A stretch of DNA of 64,000 bases from an uncultured Trueperaceae bacterium (GTDB taxonomy: Bacteria; Deinococcota; Deinococci; Deinococcales; Trueperaceae). Below, one piece after another: positions 8,726 to 18,778 of the stretch (its first letter is position 1; each line of letters starts with the position of its first letter). The notes below the pieces were generated by a model. That model was not told the DNA's origin. It ran no database searches and saw only the letters and a list, made by a program, of their open reading frames with translations. The DNA lies in the NCBI GenBank assembly GCA_963799485.1, contig CAWCXJ010000006.1, positions 320,001 through 384,000 on the forward strand, read 5' to 3'. Position numbers and translations under genes: made by a program.

Positions 8726-10537
8726 TCGGCTGCAACCGCTGTGACAAGTTCCGACCAGCGCTCGTCTACCCGTTTTTTGACCTCACCGCTCATCGTAATC
8801 TTCTCCGGCCACTCACGGCTAAACCCTTCTTCTGCGAGCTTAGGTGTGCCGTCTACCGCAAAAACCGGCCCGTGCCCACACTCGAGAATCTGCACGTCGC
8901 GTTCCGGGTCGATGTTGTTTAAGAGCGTCCAGATACAGTCTTCAAAGTCAGCCGGGTCGGTTTCGTCGTCCAAGCACAGCAATCAACCGGACGCCTTCGG
9001 CTTCGGGTTGCGCTGCGGCCCACGCCGCCAACTCTCGGCCTTGTCCTGCACGTTCTTTGTGCGTCGTTAAAAACCAGAAGCCACCCGCTAGCTGGTGTTG
9101 CCCCGCAATATCCGGGTGACCCGGCAGTTCGGCCCGAGTCCGTTCAGTGTTCGGTGTCCAGTCGGCGTTTTCGCCCTCTTCGTCGTGTTTTACGGTACCG
9201 TCTACGATGAGCTTGCTGCCGTAGCTCCACGACCTCGAGGAGTGGTCGAGCACGTCAATCGGCCCCTTGGCAAACTGCGAATCGCGGCCCGGTACGGCGT
9301 TTTTAAGAACCGTCTGCCAGAACTTCAGGTGGTCTTGCGGTTTTACGGGTTCATCCGTGACCAGCAAAACCTTGGCGAACATCATCTGACCCAAGCCGAC
9401 GAGTCCGTTGGCGACCTTGTACGCCTGACCCGGATACTCTTTTTTGATGACCACGTTGACGAGGTTGTGGGCAATCCCGGCAGGCGGCAGGTGATAATCG
9501 ACCAGCTCGGGCATGATGAGCTGCGCGGGCACCAAGAAAATCCGCTCGGAGGCTTCGATAAGGTACGCGTCTTCCATCGGTGGGCGGCCCACGATGGTCG
9601 CCGGGTAGACCGGGTTTTTCCTCATGGTGATTGCCGTCACGTGAAAGACCGGGTAGAGGTCCCGGAGCGTATAAAAACCGGTGTGGTCGCCGAACGGCCC
9701 TTCGGTGCGCCACGGTTCGTTGGGGTCGATGTAACCCTCTAAAATGAACTCGGCGTGGGCGGGAACCTCCAAGTCAACCGTCACGCCCTTGGTCAGTTCG
9801 ATAGATTTGCCCCGTAAAAACCCGGTCAGCGAGAACTCGTTGATGCCCGGAATCGGCGGGATGGGCGCGGTCGCCGCGTAGGTCAGCGCCGGGTCGCCGC
9901 CGAGAGCGACGGCAACCTCGAGCCTCTTGCCCAGATTTTTTGCCTTCTCAAGGTGCCGCGCCCCGGTCTTGTGCCGCTGCCAGTGCATCCCGGTGGTGTT
10001 CTTGTCATACACCTGCATCCGGTACATGCCGATGTTGGTGTCGCCGGTCTCGGGGTCGTTTGAGATGACGAGCGGCAACGTTACGAATGGGCCGCCATCT
10101 TCCGGCCAGCACTTGAGCACCGGCAGTTTGGTCAAATCAACCGCGTCGCCGCGCCAGACGACCTCTTGCACCGGGCCGCTCCGTACACGTTTAGGCGGGA
10201 GCGCCGCGAGTTCTCTCAGTTTGGGCAGGTTCGAGGCCAGGCCGAACAAACCGCCGCCGAGTTTGACATCTAACAGGTCGCGGATGCGGTCGCCGATAGC
10301 GTCCAGACTTGTCGCGCCGAGTGCCAGCGCCATGCGCTCACGCGTGCCGTAAAGTCCGATAACCAGCGGAAAATCCTTGCCTTCGACGTTTTCAAACAAG
10401 AGTGCCGGGCCGCCCGCTTTGACCATCCGGTCGGCGATTTCGGTAATCTCGAGTTCCGACGAAACGGATTCGGTCACGCGGAGCAGTTCGCCGCGTTTCT
10501 CGAGGGCGCTGATAAAACTTTTCAGGTCGGGATACAT
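8722..10537 (-). CDS. UbiD-family (menaquinone biosynthesis-type) decarboxylase, frameshifted near the C-terminus
   Basis: GPALLFEN, NIGMYRMQ, EGPFGDHTGFY, TIVGRPPMED. One extra base near 8971 separates ...LIAVL from DDETDPADF...NNIDPERD...DGTPK. Confidence 0.9.
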
Positions 10538-10672
10538 ACTTTAGGATACGGGTGTGGAGCGCGAGTTTTCGTCTTGTAGCGCCCGGCAAGCGGCTAACAG
10601 GCGTTGGACGCCGCATACAGCTCGCGGACGTTACCCAGACGTTTTTTACGGGCTGTCCGGTAAACTGTAGCG

Positions 10673-11260
10673 ATGGCATCTTCTCCAGCTCCCGCCGCCC
10701 TTATTCTGGCGAGCGCCTCACCGCGCCGCGCCGAACTCTTAACTCGGCTCAACCTTAGCTTCGAGGTCGTGCCCGCCGACGTTGACGAAAGCTTTACGGA
10801 CCAGGACAACCCGTTTGACCTCGTGCGCCGCCTCAGCACTGCCAAAGCCGAGGTGGTCGCACAAGACCGTCCGGACGCGCTCGTCTTGGCCGCCGATACG
10901 GTGGTCGTCTACCGCGATGAGATTATGGGTAAACCCAGAAGTAAAGAGGAAAACTTAAAGTTCATCACGCGTCTTTCGGGGCACACTCACGAAGTTTTTA
11001 CCGGTCACGCGTTGGTGATGGGCGAAAAACGCGCCGACCGAGTGGTGCAGACGGCGGTGCGTTTTCGCAAGCTCTCGGAAGGCGAGACCGAGCGTTACGT
11101 CGAAACCGGTGAAGGACTCGACAAGGCCGGAGGTTACGCCATTCAGGGCTACGGTTCGGCTTTGGTGCGTGAGGTGCGAGGTTGTTACTTTAACGTCATG
11201 GGGCTTAGCGTTCCCAACGTCGTCGAGCTGGCCCAAAGTTTCGGCTTTCAACTCGTCTAG
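10673..11260 (+). CDS. maf: Maf family nucleoside triphosphate pyrophosphatase
   Basis: LILASASPRRAELL, ADTVV, GKP, DKAGGYAIQG. Confidence 0.96.
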   Translation: MASSPAPAALILASASPRRAELLTRLNLSFEVVPADVDESFTDQDNPFDLVRRLSTAKAEVVAQDRPDALVLAADTVVVYRDEIMGKPRSKEENLKFITRLSGHTHEVFTGHALVMGEKRADRVVQTAVRFRKLSEGETERYVETGEGLDKAGGYAIQGYGSALVREVRGCYFNVMGLSVPNVVELAQSFGFQLV

Positions 11261-11399
11261 ACGCCCCGACGCCTGATGAGAGCAGTTCAGCAGTTCGACC
11301 GGTGAGGTGGATTTGCCGGTTGTGCTGGATTAGCCCAAACGTTTTGAAAACGCCGTGTGCTGCTGGCGGTGCTTTATGTCGGCAGCGGAAGTATCCACG

Positions 11400-11671
11400 G
11401 GCATGTTAGACGCCCCACCGGGTGCACCCCGCACGTTCGTCTGGGCCGGATTCCGGCAGACAGTGCCGATGTTTACTCGAGCTACCGCACGCCGACCGGC
11501 CCGGACGTAGGGGATATCTGGACGTAGGGGATACCTGAGAGTACCTCGAGCGGCCTTGATGTTGCCGGGGCCTTGCAGCTTGCCCGCGAACTCGGAACAG
11601 GGCACCGCGTGGTTATGGTCATTTGCGATACGGGTCTGAAATATCTGCAAGGCGACCTGTACGAAGTCTAA
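11400..11671 (+). pseudogene. Decayed 3' remnant of a PLP-dependent cysteine synthase
   Basis: Manual translation gives RATARRPART*GI...STSSGLDVAGALQLARELGTGHRVVMVICDTGLKYLQGDLYEV*, matching the CysK-family C-terminus; has an internal stop and a duplication. Confidence 0.8.
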
Positions 11672-11674
11672 ATT

Positions 11675-12418
11675 TTAGTAAGTTGCCGCAGCTTGGGGTA
11701 GCTGGGCGCTCAGGCGGCTCTGGATAATGCTCAAGAGCAGCGGGTCATAAGACAGATAATCCGCGAGCGTAAGCTTCATGTCCGGGTGCTGAGCCTGCGC
11801 CGTAGCAACGGCTTCAGGCAAATCTTCGGCGACGTGACCACCGAGCTGTAAAAAGTACGGCGAGGCGACGATGCGTTTTGCACCCCGCCCTTTTAGTAGC
11901 GTTGCAGCTTCGACAATCGTAGGCGCGTTGATCTCCATAAAACCGAGTTGTGTCTGGGCGTAATATCTTTTTAGCGACGCCGCAACTTTGAAAATCGGCG
12001 CATTAGCCTGTTCGTGAGGGCTGCCGTGGGCCATCAAGAGGAGCGCGTCGGCGTCCGGGTCGGCCTGCCGCGCACGTTTATAGGTGAGCTCAACTAACGC
12101 CGGGTGGTCGTCGAACGCTTCGGCGAGGTGAAAGCGCACGTTTGGATAGGCGGCTTTAGCCTCTGCCAAAAGTTTGGGCAACCCGACAGTGACGTAGTAG
12201 CCGGAAATCAAAAAGTACGGCTGCACGTAGATATGCGTTGCACCCTTATCCACACAGCGTTTTACGGCGTCTAAAAACGTGGGTTTGCTGAAGTTGAGAA
12301 ACCCCGCCGTCGCGATAGGAAAAGCACCCTCTTTACGGAGCAGCGCGGCGAGGCGAATCATCGCTGCGCCTGAGGCTTTGCGTAAGCTTCCGTGACCGAC
12401 TAGAATAGCAGCGTTCAT
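11675..12418 (-). CDS. Sirohydrochlorin chelatase (SirB/CbiX family)
   Basis: Two repeated domains with VGHGS and MAHGS; PYFL..G.HV.EDLP. Confidence 0.93.
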   Translation of the reverse strand: MNAAILVGHGSLRKASGAAMIRLAALLRKEGAFPIATAGFLNFSKPTFLDAVKRCVDKGATHIYVQPYFLISGYYVTVGLPKLLAEAKAAYPNVRFHLAEAFDDHPALVELTYKRARQADPDADALLLMAHGSPHEQANAPIFKVAASLKRYYAQTQLGFMEINAPTIVEAATLLKGRGAKRIVASPYFLQLGGHVAEDLPEAVATAQAQHPDMKLTLADYLSYDPLLLSIIQSRLSAQLPQAAATY

Positions 12419-12419
12419 C

Positions 12420-13232
12420 CTAGAGGGTTTCGTGGACGCCTTGAAGCGCAGCGACTTCAGGTAAAAGCGTCTCCTGGTCGAACCATCTCAGCTCATCGCG
12501 GAGGTTTACCACATCGCCGATGATGAGGGTCGCGGGCGCTTTGAGTCCGGCTTGTCTTACCACCGCCGCAATATTCTCAAGCGTCCCTGTCACCGTCTCC
12601 TGCTCCGAAGTCGTTCCCCAGCGCACCACCGCAGCGGGCGTAGCGGCGGCGCGACCACACGACAAGAGCGTTTCGGTAATCGCTTCGATGCGCCCGATGC
12701 CCATCAAAACAACGAGCGTGTCGATTTTAGAAAGTGCGTCCCAGTCGTGCGACGACGCACCCTTGTGCGGGTCTTCGTGTCCGGCAACGATGGCGACCGA
12801 CGCCGAGACGTGCCGGTGCGTCACCGGAATGCCGGCGTAGGCGGGCGCGGCGACCGCTGAACTGATACCGGGGACGACCTCGAAAGAAACTCCGGCCTGA
12901 CGAAGCTCGAGCGCCTCTTCACCGCCGCGCCCGAAGATAAAGGGGTCGCCGCCCTTAAGCCGCACGACCTGTTTGCCCGCGTGGGCTTTTTCGATCAGCA
13001 AGGCGTTGATATGTTCTTGAGGTACAGAAGGGTGTAAGCCTTCACCGTGTTTGCCGACGAAGACGAGTTCGGCGTCCGTGCGGCATTCCTTGAGCAGCAC
13101 CGGGTTGGCGAGCCGGTCGTAGGCGATAACATCCGCCTCGCGCAACAGCCGCAAACCCTTGACCGTTAGCAGGTCGGGGTCGCCGGGGCCAGCGCCGACG
13201 AGTGAGACAAAACCGGTTAGAGGTGGGTGCAT
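12420..13232 (-). CDS. cobA: Uroporphyrinogen-III C-methyltransferase
   Basis: VSLVGAGPGDPDLLTVKG, VRLKGGDPFIFGRGGEE; RBS GAGGAG before ATG 13232. Confidence 0.97.
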   Translation of the reverse strand: MHPPLTGFVSLVGAGPGDPDLLTVKGLRLLREADVIAYDRLANPVLLKECRTDAELVFVGKHGEGLHPSVPQEHINALLIEKAHAGKQVVRLKGGDPFIFGRGGEEALELRQAGVSFEVVPGISSAVAAPAYAGIPVTHRHVSASVAIVAGHEDPHKGASSHDWDALSKIDTLVVLMGIGRIEAITETLLSCGRAAATPAAVVRWGTTSEQETVTGTLENIAAVVRQAGLKAPATLIIGDVVNLRDELRWFDQETLLPEVAALQGVHETL

Positions 13233-13320
13233 GGGGCTCCTCAGAGGTGAGGTCAAAGCCTCACCGGTAGCTATACGTTACGTTTAGTTGACAAAACACG
13301 TCAAGTACTTTCCCGACAGG

Positions 13321-14190
13321 TCAATTCGGTGCCGACTGCAGCTGAGGTTGCGTCCGGTAGTGTTCGGCGAGGGCGACAATCATCGCACCCATGCGTTCAT
13401 GCTCGGGTTGCACGATGTTTGTTACACCCGCACCGCGGAGTGCGGCGCTCGTCATATGACCGACCGAAACGGCCTGCACCGGTTTTTGAGTTACACCTGC
13501 AAAGGCGTCACGTAGCGCAGCAGCCCGACCAAAACGCTCGGCGACAGCGAAAAGATAGTTCACCTGCGTGTTTGAAGTAAACGCCACCGCGTCGAGCTGC
13601 CCGGAGAAGATTTCGTCCAAGAGTGTTTGTACCTCAGTATCTGAAGGGGGTTGGTAGCGGTACAGCGGGATTTCGTAGACCGACGCGCCTTTGGACTCGA
13701 GCCACTGCGTGAGCTCCGGCACCCGTTCGCCGTGGAGCTTGAAGGCAACTTTTGCCCCCGTAAAATTGTAGGGCTCGAGCTGCCGCCGTAGACCTTCGGT
13801 CGTCCCGTCGTCGTCTTGCACCACAGGTTTGAGTTCCAGCTCTTTCAGCGCTTTTACGGTCTTGTAACCACGTGCAGCAATTTTCGCTTGCTTCATCTGC
13901 CTCAGCAAATCGTGCTGACGCCCCAGCGACTCTGCTACCTTGACCATCGCCCGCGTGCCCATGCCCGTAACGAGCACGAGCCAGTCGCAGCCTTCGTCGC
14001 ACACTTTAAGGACGGCTGCAGTCGTTTCCGGGTCGTCTAAGGGCGCACTCCGCATCATCGGACGCGAGACGGCCTCGCCGCCCTGTTTGGCGACGAGCTT
14101 GTCAATGTCGTCAAAACGGCGGTCTCCGGCGATGGCAACGCGGCGGTTCATCAGCGGTTTAGTTGGGTTCGTAGGTGTGCTCCGGTTCAT
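13321..14190 (-). CDS. Uroporphyrinogen-III synthase (HemD-like)
   Basis: VTGMGTR, IAARGYKT, LDAVAFTS, SVGHMT; sits in a siroheme gene block. Confidence 0.85.
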   Translation of the reverse strand: MNRSTPTNPTKPLMNRRVAIAGDRRFDDIDKLVAKQGGEAVSRPMMRSAPLDDPETTAAVLKVCDEGCDWLVLVTGMGTRAMVKVAESLGRQHDLLRQMKQAKIAARGYKTVKALKELELKPVVQDDDGTTEGLRRQLEPYNFTGAKVAFKLHGERVPELTQWLESKGASVYEIPLYRYQPPSDTEVQTLLDEIFSGQLDAVAFTSNTQVNYLFAVAERFGRAAALRDAFAGVTQKPVQAVSVGHMTSAALRGAGVTNIVQPEHERMGAMIVALAEHYRTQPQLQSAPN

Positions 14191-14575
14191 GGTTGACCCC
14201 GGTCGGGGGCAGCCCCAAGCGCTCCGTCTCGAACTCTACGAATATCAAGCCCTCGACCTCTTTGACGGGGAAGGTCTCGAGCGTCCATTCGCCCTTTGCC
14301 GAGCCCCCGCCCAAATGCTCGCCCGTCCTGAGCGAAAAAGCATTTTTGTGGAGCGGACACGCGACTTTCGGTTCGCCCTGCGCGTCGCCGGTCAGCCCGC
14401 GCGAGAGCACCTGCCGCCGGTCGTGCGGGCACAGGTTCTGCGCCGCGTACCACTCGAGGGTTCCACCAGGTTTCTGCACCTTGAACAGCGCAATCTGCAC
14501 CCCGCCGAGCAGCACGCAGCCGCCCCCGTTTGTCGTTACGTCGTTTGTATTGGCTACCTGAATCCATGTCTTCAT
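14159..14575 (-). CDS. nirD: Nitrite reductase small subunit (Rieske-type)
   Basis: NLCPH...VLSRGLTGD...VACPLHK; RBS before ATG 14575. Confidence 0.93.
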   Translation of the reverse strand: MKTWIQVANTNDVTTNGGGCVLLGGVQIALFKVQKPGGTLEWYAAQNLCPHDRRQVLSRGLTGDAQGEPKVACPLHKNAFSLRTGEHLGGGSAKGEWTLETFPVKEVEGLIFVEFETERLGLPPTGVNHEPEHTYEPN

Positions 14576-14598
14576 GCTCTCACCTTTTGCGGGTTCGC

Positions 14599-14688
14599 CT
14601 GTGCCGCAAAACACTGTGCCGCAAAACACTGTGCCGCAAAACACTGTGCCGTAAAAACCCATGCCACAAAAATCTGTGCCGTAAAATC
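14599..14688. repeat. 15-bp tandem repeat, 6 copies (3 perfect, 3 degenerate)
   Basis: CTGTGCCGCAAAACA x3, then CTGTGCCGTAAAAAC, CCATGCCACAAAAAT, CTGTGCCGTAAAATC. Confidence 0.95.
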
Positions 14689-14708
14689 CCGCGCGCTAGA
14701 ACATGTCG

Positions 14709-17225
14709 TTAAATGGGCTGCGGCTGGTCGCGTACAGTTTCAAACTTTACGGCGGGGTCGGTTTCCGGTGAGTTGATAAACGGCGAAAACCGCTTGCGAA
14801 CTTCGGGGTCGTGCAGGGCGTTTTGCCATTCGCACGCGTAGGTGCCTACGACGTGCGCCATCTCCGCCTCGAGCTGCTGCGCAATGTTGAGCTTGTCTTC
14901 AACCACCACTTCGTAGACTTTTGCCAGCCCACCCGGAAGCTTGCCCAGCCAGGTGGCGGTGCGCTCGAGCCTGTCCGCCGTCCGCACGTAGTACATCAAA
15001 AAGCGGTCGATGGTGCGAATCAAGGTCTCTTTGTCCAAATCTCCGGCGAGCAACACCGCGTGCTGCGGCTTCATCCCGCCGTTGCCGCACACGTAGAGGT
15101 TCCAGCCCTTTTCGGTGGCGATGATGCCGACGTCTTTGCCTTGCGCCTCGGCGCACTCGCGCGCGCAGCCTGAGACGCCCATCTTGATTTTGTGCGGGGA
15201 GCGCAGCCCCTTGTACCGATTTTCGATTTCAATCGCTAAAGCCGTCGAATCCTGCACCCCGTAACGGCACCATGACAGGCCGACGCACGATTTTACGGTG
15301 CGCAACGACTTGGCGTAAGCGTGACCGGACTCGAGGCCGACTGCCGCCAGCTCCTCCCAGATGTCCGGCAAATCTTCACGCCGCGCTCCGAAGAGATCGA
15401 TACGCTGCCCACCCGTAATTTTGGTGTAGAGGTTGTAGCGCTGCGCCACCTGACCCATCGCCACGAGCTGCTCGGGTTTGATTTCGCCGCCGGGTACGCG
15501 CGGCACCACCGAATACGAGCCGTTTTTCTGGATGTTTGCCATAAACGCGTCGTTGGTGTCTTGAATCGTCGGGAGTTCCGTCACCGGGTCGTTGTGGACG
15601 CTCGCCAAAACCGAAGCGACGGCAGGTTTGCACACTTCGCAGCCCAAGCCCTGACCGTGCGTTTCCAGCAAACTTTCAAAGGTGCGGACGCCGGTCGTCT
15701 GGACGATTTCAAAAAGTTCCTGGCGGGTATAGGCGAAGTGTTCACACAGCGAACGGTCTACCGCGACGCCCAAGCGGGTTAGCTCGAGTTCCAGCACATC
15801 TTTGACGAGCGGTACGCACGAGCCGCAACAGGTTCCGGCTTTGGTGCAGCTTTTGAGCCCCGCCACGTCCTGTACGCCGTCCTGCACCGCTAAAGCGAGC
15901 GTCCCTTTCGAGACGTTTTCGCATGAGCAAATCGTCGCCGTATCCGGTAGCGCCGCGACGCCCGCGCCCACCGCTTCACCCGTTTGGGCGACGAGCAAGC
16001 TTTCCGGCGCGTCGGGCAGGGGCAGTTTGTTGAGATAAAGCTGGAGCAGGTTGCTGTAGTCGCTCGCGTCGCCGACCAGCACCGCGCCCCGTAACGTATT
16101 GTCCGGGCCGACCAGAAGCTTTTTGTAGGTTCCGGCTCGAGCGTTCATGACGAGCGTTTCCTCGAGGGTCTCGTCGTCCGAAACCGCGTCGCCAATCGAG
16201 GCCACGTCTACGCCCTGAAGCTTGAGTTTGGTAGACATATCGGCCCCGGTAAAGGTTGCGTCTCGGCCCAGCAAACCTTCGACGAGCGCCTCCGCCATCC
16301 GGTAGCCGGGTGCGACGAGCCCGTAGGTGAGGCCGCCGACATGGGCGCATTCGCCGACGGCGTAGATGTCGGGGTCGGAGGTCTGAAGATACGCGTCCAC
16401 GGTGACCCCGCCGCGTGAACCGACCGCGAGCCCCGCCGCTCTCGCCAACTCGTCACGCGGCGCAATCCCTGCCGAAATCAGCACCAAATCCGTATTCAGC
16501 GTTTCGCCGTCTTCAAAGGTAAGCCCCGTAACTTTTTCTGCGCCTGACATCTCCCGAGTCCGTTTACCGAGGTGAATGTGTAAGCCTAGAGCCTCGAGTT
16601 TTTTCTTCACTAGCAGTGCACCTTTGTCGTCGAGCTGACGCGGCATCAGTCGGGAAGATGACTGCACGACGTGGGTCTCGAGCCCCATATCGTGGAGGGC
16701 TTTAGCAGCCTCGAGCCCCAGCAACCCGCCGCCAATCACCGTAGCCGTGCGGCACGTTTTGCTGTGAGCAATAAGCGCGTCCAAATCTTCAATGGTTCGG
16801 TAGACGAACACCCCGGCTTTATCCACGCCCGGAACCGGCGGGACGAAGGCCGCCGAACCCGTTGCCAGGACAAGTTTATCGTAAGAGAGCGTTTTTCCCT
16901 GCCGGGTCGTGACGGCTTTGGCTTTACGGTCAATCGCACTTACCCCGTCACCTAAATGCAGCGTCACACCGTTTTCTTCAAACCAGGCGAGGGGAGAAAG
17001 CTCGAGCGCTCCCGCATCCTGCGCCGTAAAATACCGGTTCAGGTTTACCCGGTCGTAAGCGTGGCGCGGTTCTTCGGCAAACGCGGTGACGTGATAGCGC
17101 CCTTCGGTATCCCCGGCAGCGAGCGCAGTCAGGACTTTTTGCCCGACCATCCCGTTACCGACAACGATTAATTTTTGCTGTTCGGGAGGCTGTGCCTGAA
17201 CCTCGGGGCGATAGTCTAAACTCAT
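14709..17225 (-). CDS. nirB: NAD(P)H nitrite reductase large subunit
   Basis: VVGNGMVG, GGGLLGLE, BFD-like CSC...CGSC, siroheme motifs KSCVG..WCRYG and SGCARECAE. Confidence 0.97.
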   Translation of the reverse strand: MSLDYRPEVQAQPPEQQKLIVVGNGMVGQKVLTALAAGDTEGRYHVTAFAEEPRHAYDRVNLNRYFTAQDAGALELSPLAWFEENGVTLHLGDGVSAIDRKAKAVTTRQGKTLSYDKLVLATGSAAFVPPVPGVDKAGVFVYRTIEDLDALIAHSKTCRTATVIGGGLLGLEAAKALHDMGLETHVVQSSSRLMPRQLDDKGALLVKKKLEALGLHIHLGKRTREMSGAEKVTGLTFEDGETLNTDLVLISAGIAPRDELARAAGLAVGSRGGVTVDAYLQTSDPDIYAVGECAHVGGLTYGLVAPGYRMAEALVEGLLGRDATFTGADMSTKLKLQGVDVASIGDAVSDDETLEETLVMNARAGTYKKLLVGPDNTLRGAVLVGDASDYSNLLQLYLNKLPLPDAPESLLVAQTGEAVGAGVAALPDTATICSCENVSKGTLALAVQDGVQDVAGLKSCTKAGTCCGSCVPLVKDVLELELTRLGVAVDRSLCEHFAYTRQELFEIVQTTGVRTFESLLETHGQGLGCEVCKPAVASVLASVHNDPVTELPTIQDTNDAFMANIQKNGSYSVVPRVPGGEIKPEQLVAMGQVAQRYNLYTKITGGQRIDLFGARREDLPDIWEELAAVGLESGHAYAKSLRTVKSCVGLSWCRYGVQDSTALAIEIENRYKGLRSPHKIKMGVSGCARECAEAQGKDVGIIATEKGWNLYVCGNGGMKPQHAVLLAGDLDKETLIRTIDRFLMYYVRTADRLERTATWLGKLPGGLAKVYEVVVEDKLNIAQQLEAEMAHVVGTYACEWQNALHDPEVRKRFSPFINSPETDPAVKFETVRDQPQPI

Positions 17226-17318
17226 GTGAACTCCTACAAAAGAACAGTTGAAAGGCGTTAGGCTACGGCGTTCTCGAGACCCCATAGCCTGAAAATTGGT
17301 GCTGCAGATTAGTGCTGC

Positions 17319-18665
17319 CTAGTCTCCGGCGGCGAACTCGCCCGACCCGGCTAAGCGGGCGTTGGTTTCCTCGCGCGCCACCTTTTCATCGGCTTCAGAA
17401 AACCTCACTGCAAACGCGACAAAGGCGATAATGGTCACGGAAATCCCTAAAATCAGATACGACTGGCTGTAAAACGCGGTGTCGCGGCGGAACAAGAACC
17501 CGGCGACCATCGCACCGAAGTTGCCGCCCGCCCCGACGATGCCCGCGACCGCCCCGAGCGAACGCTTGTTGATATACGGCACGATGGCAAACGTCGCGCC
17601 CTCGGACATCTGCACGAACAGGCTAAAGACGATAAGCGCAGGAATGGCAATCGCGAGCGCCGGGAGCTGTGAAAAGAACATCAGCGCCAGACCTTCTAAA
17701 AAGACGCAGGCGAAGAGAAAGCGCACGCGGTTTTTAAGGCCGCCGGTTTTGTTGAGCTGGTCGCTAAAAATCCCGCCGAGTGAGCGCGCAAAGAGGTTCA
17801 TCAGCCCGAACAAGCTGGCGACGATACCAGCAGTTGTCAAGCTGAGGCCGTAGCGGTCGAAGAAGTAGAGCGCGGCAGTGCCGTTGATGGTCAGCTCGAT
17901 GCCGAAACACGCGGCGTAGATAAAAAACAGGGCAATAACCCTGGAGTCTTTGACGGCCTCTTGAAAGGTGCCTCTCGAGGCTTTCGCTTCAGGCATTTCC
18001 CCTTTGGCCCGCAGCTCTTTATAGTTTCCATCCGGCGCGTCCTGGGTAGCGAAGTAGTACAAAATCCCGGTTAAAAAGAGCAACACACCCGGAATCACCA
18101 TCGCCACGCGCCAACCGAGCAGCGCCGGGGTACCGAAGGTTACGACCGCTGCGAGAATCAGCGGCATCACCGCCTGCGTCACGCCGCCGCCCAAATTGCC
18201 CCAACCCGCCGTCGTCGCGTTTGCCGTCCCGACGATATTCGGCGCGAACATCACCGAGGTGTGGTACTGCGTAATCACGAACGACGCGCCGATAACGCCG
18301 ATCAGCACCCGGAAGATGATGAACTGTGTTTCGTTTTGCGACAACCCGATCAGCATGACCGGGAGCGAGCCCAAAAGCAGCAGCCAGGTATAGGCGATGC
18401 GCGCCCCGAAGCGGTCGCAAAGCGGCCCAACCGCTAAGCGCGCCAAAATCGTCAGCGAAACCGCCGCGATAATCGAATTGCCGACCTGTGCGGGGGTAAG
18501 GCCCAAGTCGGCGATCACGCCGTTGTCCCCTTTCATCAGCGGGACGATGCCGAACCAGCCGAAAAAGCAGAGGAAAAAGGCAAACCAGCTCATGTGAAAC
18601 GCGCGCATCTGCGGCGTGCCGAGGCTGAACAAGTTGATACGGGTGGCTTTGTTCTTGAAATCCAT
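17319..18665 (-). CDS. Nitrate/nitrite MFS transporter (NarK/NRT2 family)
   Basis: AFHMSWFAFFLCFFGWF, AGWGNLGGG, GIVGAGGNFG nitrate signature motifs. Confidence 0.95.
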   Translation of the reverse strand: MDFKNKATRINLFSLGTPQMRAFHMSWFAFFLCFFGWFGIVPLMKGDNGVIADLGLTPAQVGNSIIAAVSLTILARLAVGPLCDRFGARIAYTWLLLLGSLPVMLIGLSQNETQFIIFRVLIGVIGASFVITQYHTSVMFAPNIVGTANATTAGWGNLGGGVTQAVMPLILAAVVTFGTPALLGWRVAMVIPGVLLFLTGILYYFATQDAPDGNYKELRAKGEMPEAKASRGTFQEAVKDSRVIALFFIYAACFGIELTINGTAALYFFDRYGLSLTTAGIVASLFGLMNLFARSLGGIFSDQLNKTGGLKNRVRFLFACVFLEGLALMFFSQLPALAIAIPALIVFSLFVQMSEGATFAIVPYINKRSLGAVAGIVGAGGNFGAMVAGFLFRRDTAFYSQSYLILGISVTIIAFVAFAVRFSEADEKVAREETNARLAGSGEFAAGD

Positions 18666-18778
18666 TTCAGGCTCCTTATAAAAATAGACCGGCTTAAGAA
18701 TTTATGCGTGTTCGGGTAACGGACGGACGTAAACAGCGGCTAGGCCATCGGCGTACTCCTTTGTTGTCGGGCAGCAGT

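Noticed and set aside
11330..11650. 106-aa minus-strand ORF
   Set aside because: Antisense to the cysteine synthase relic; no recognisable motifs
13288..13304. TTGAC-N7-GTCAA palindrome before cobA as an FNR site
   Set aside because: FNR needs TTGAT-N4-ATCAA; this may simply include the -35 of an internal promoter
14599..14688. Possible CRISPR array
   Set aside because: Units are contiguous 15-mers with no unique spacers, and there are no cas genes in the window
13940..14776. 278-aa + strand ORF with CAAKH repeats, and the TVFCG N-terminal extension of nirD
   Set aside because: Antisense shadow or read-through of the tandem repeat; nirD has its own RBS and ATG at 14575
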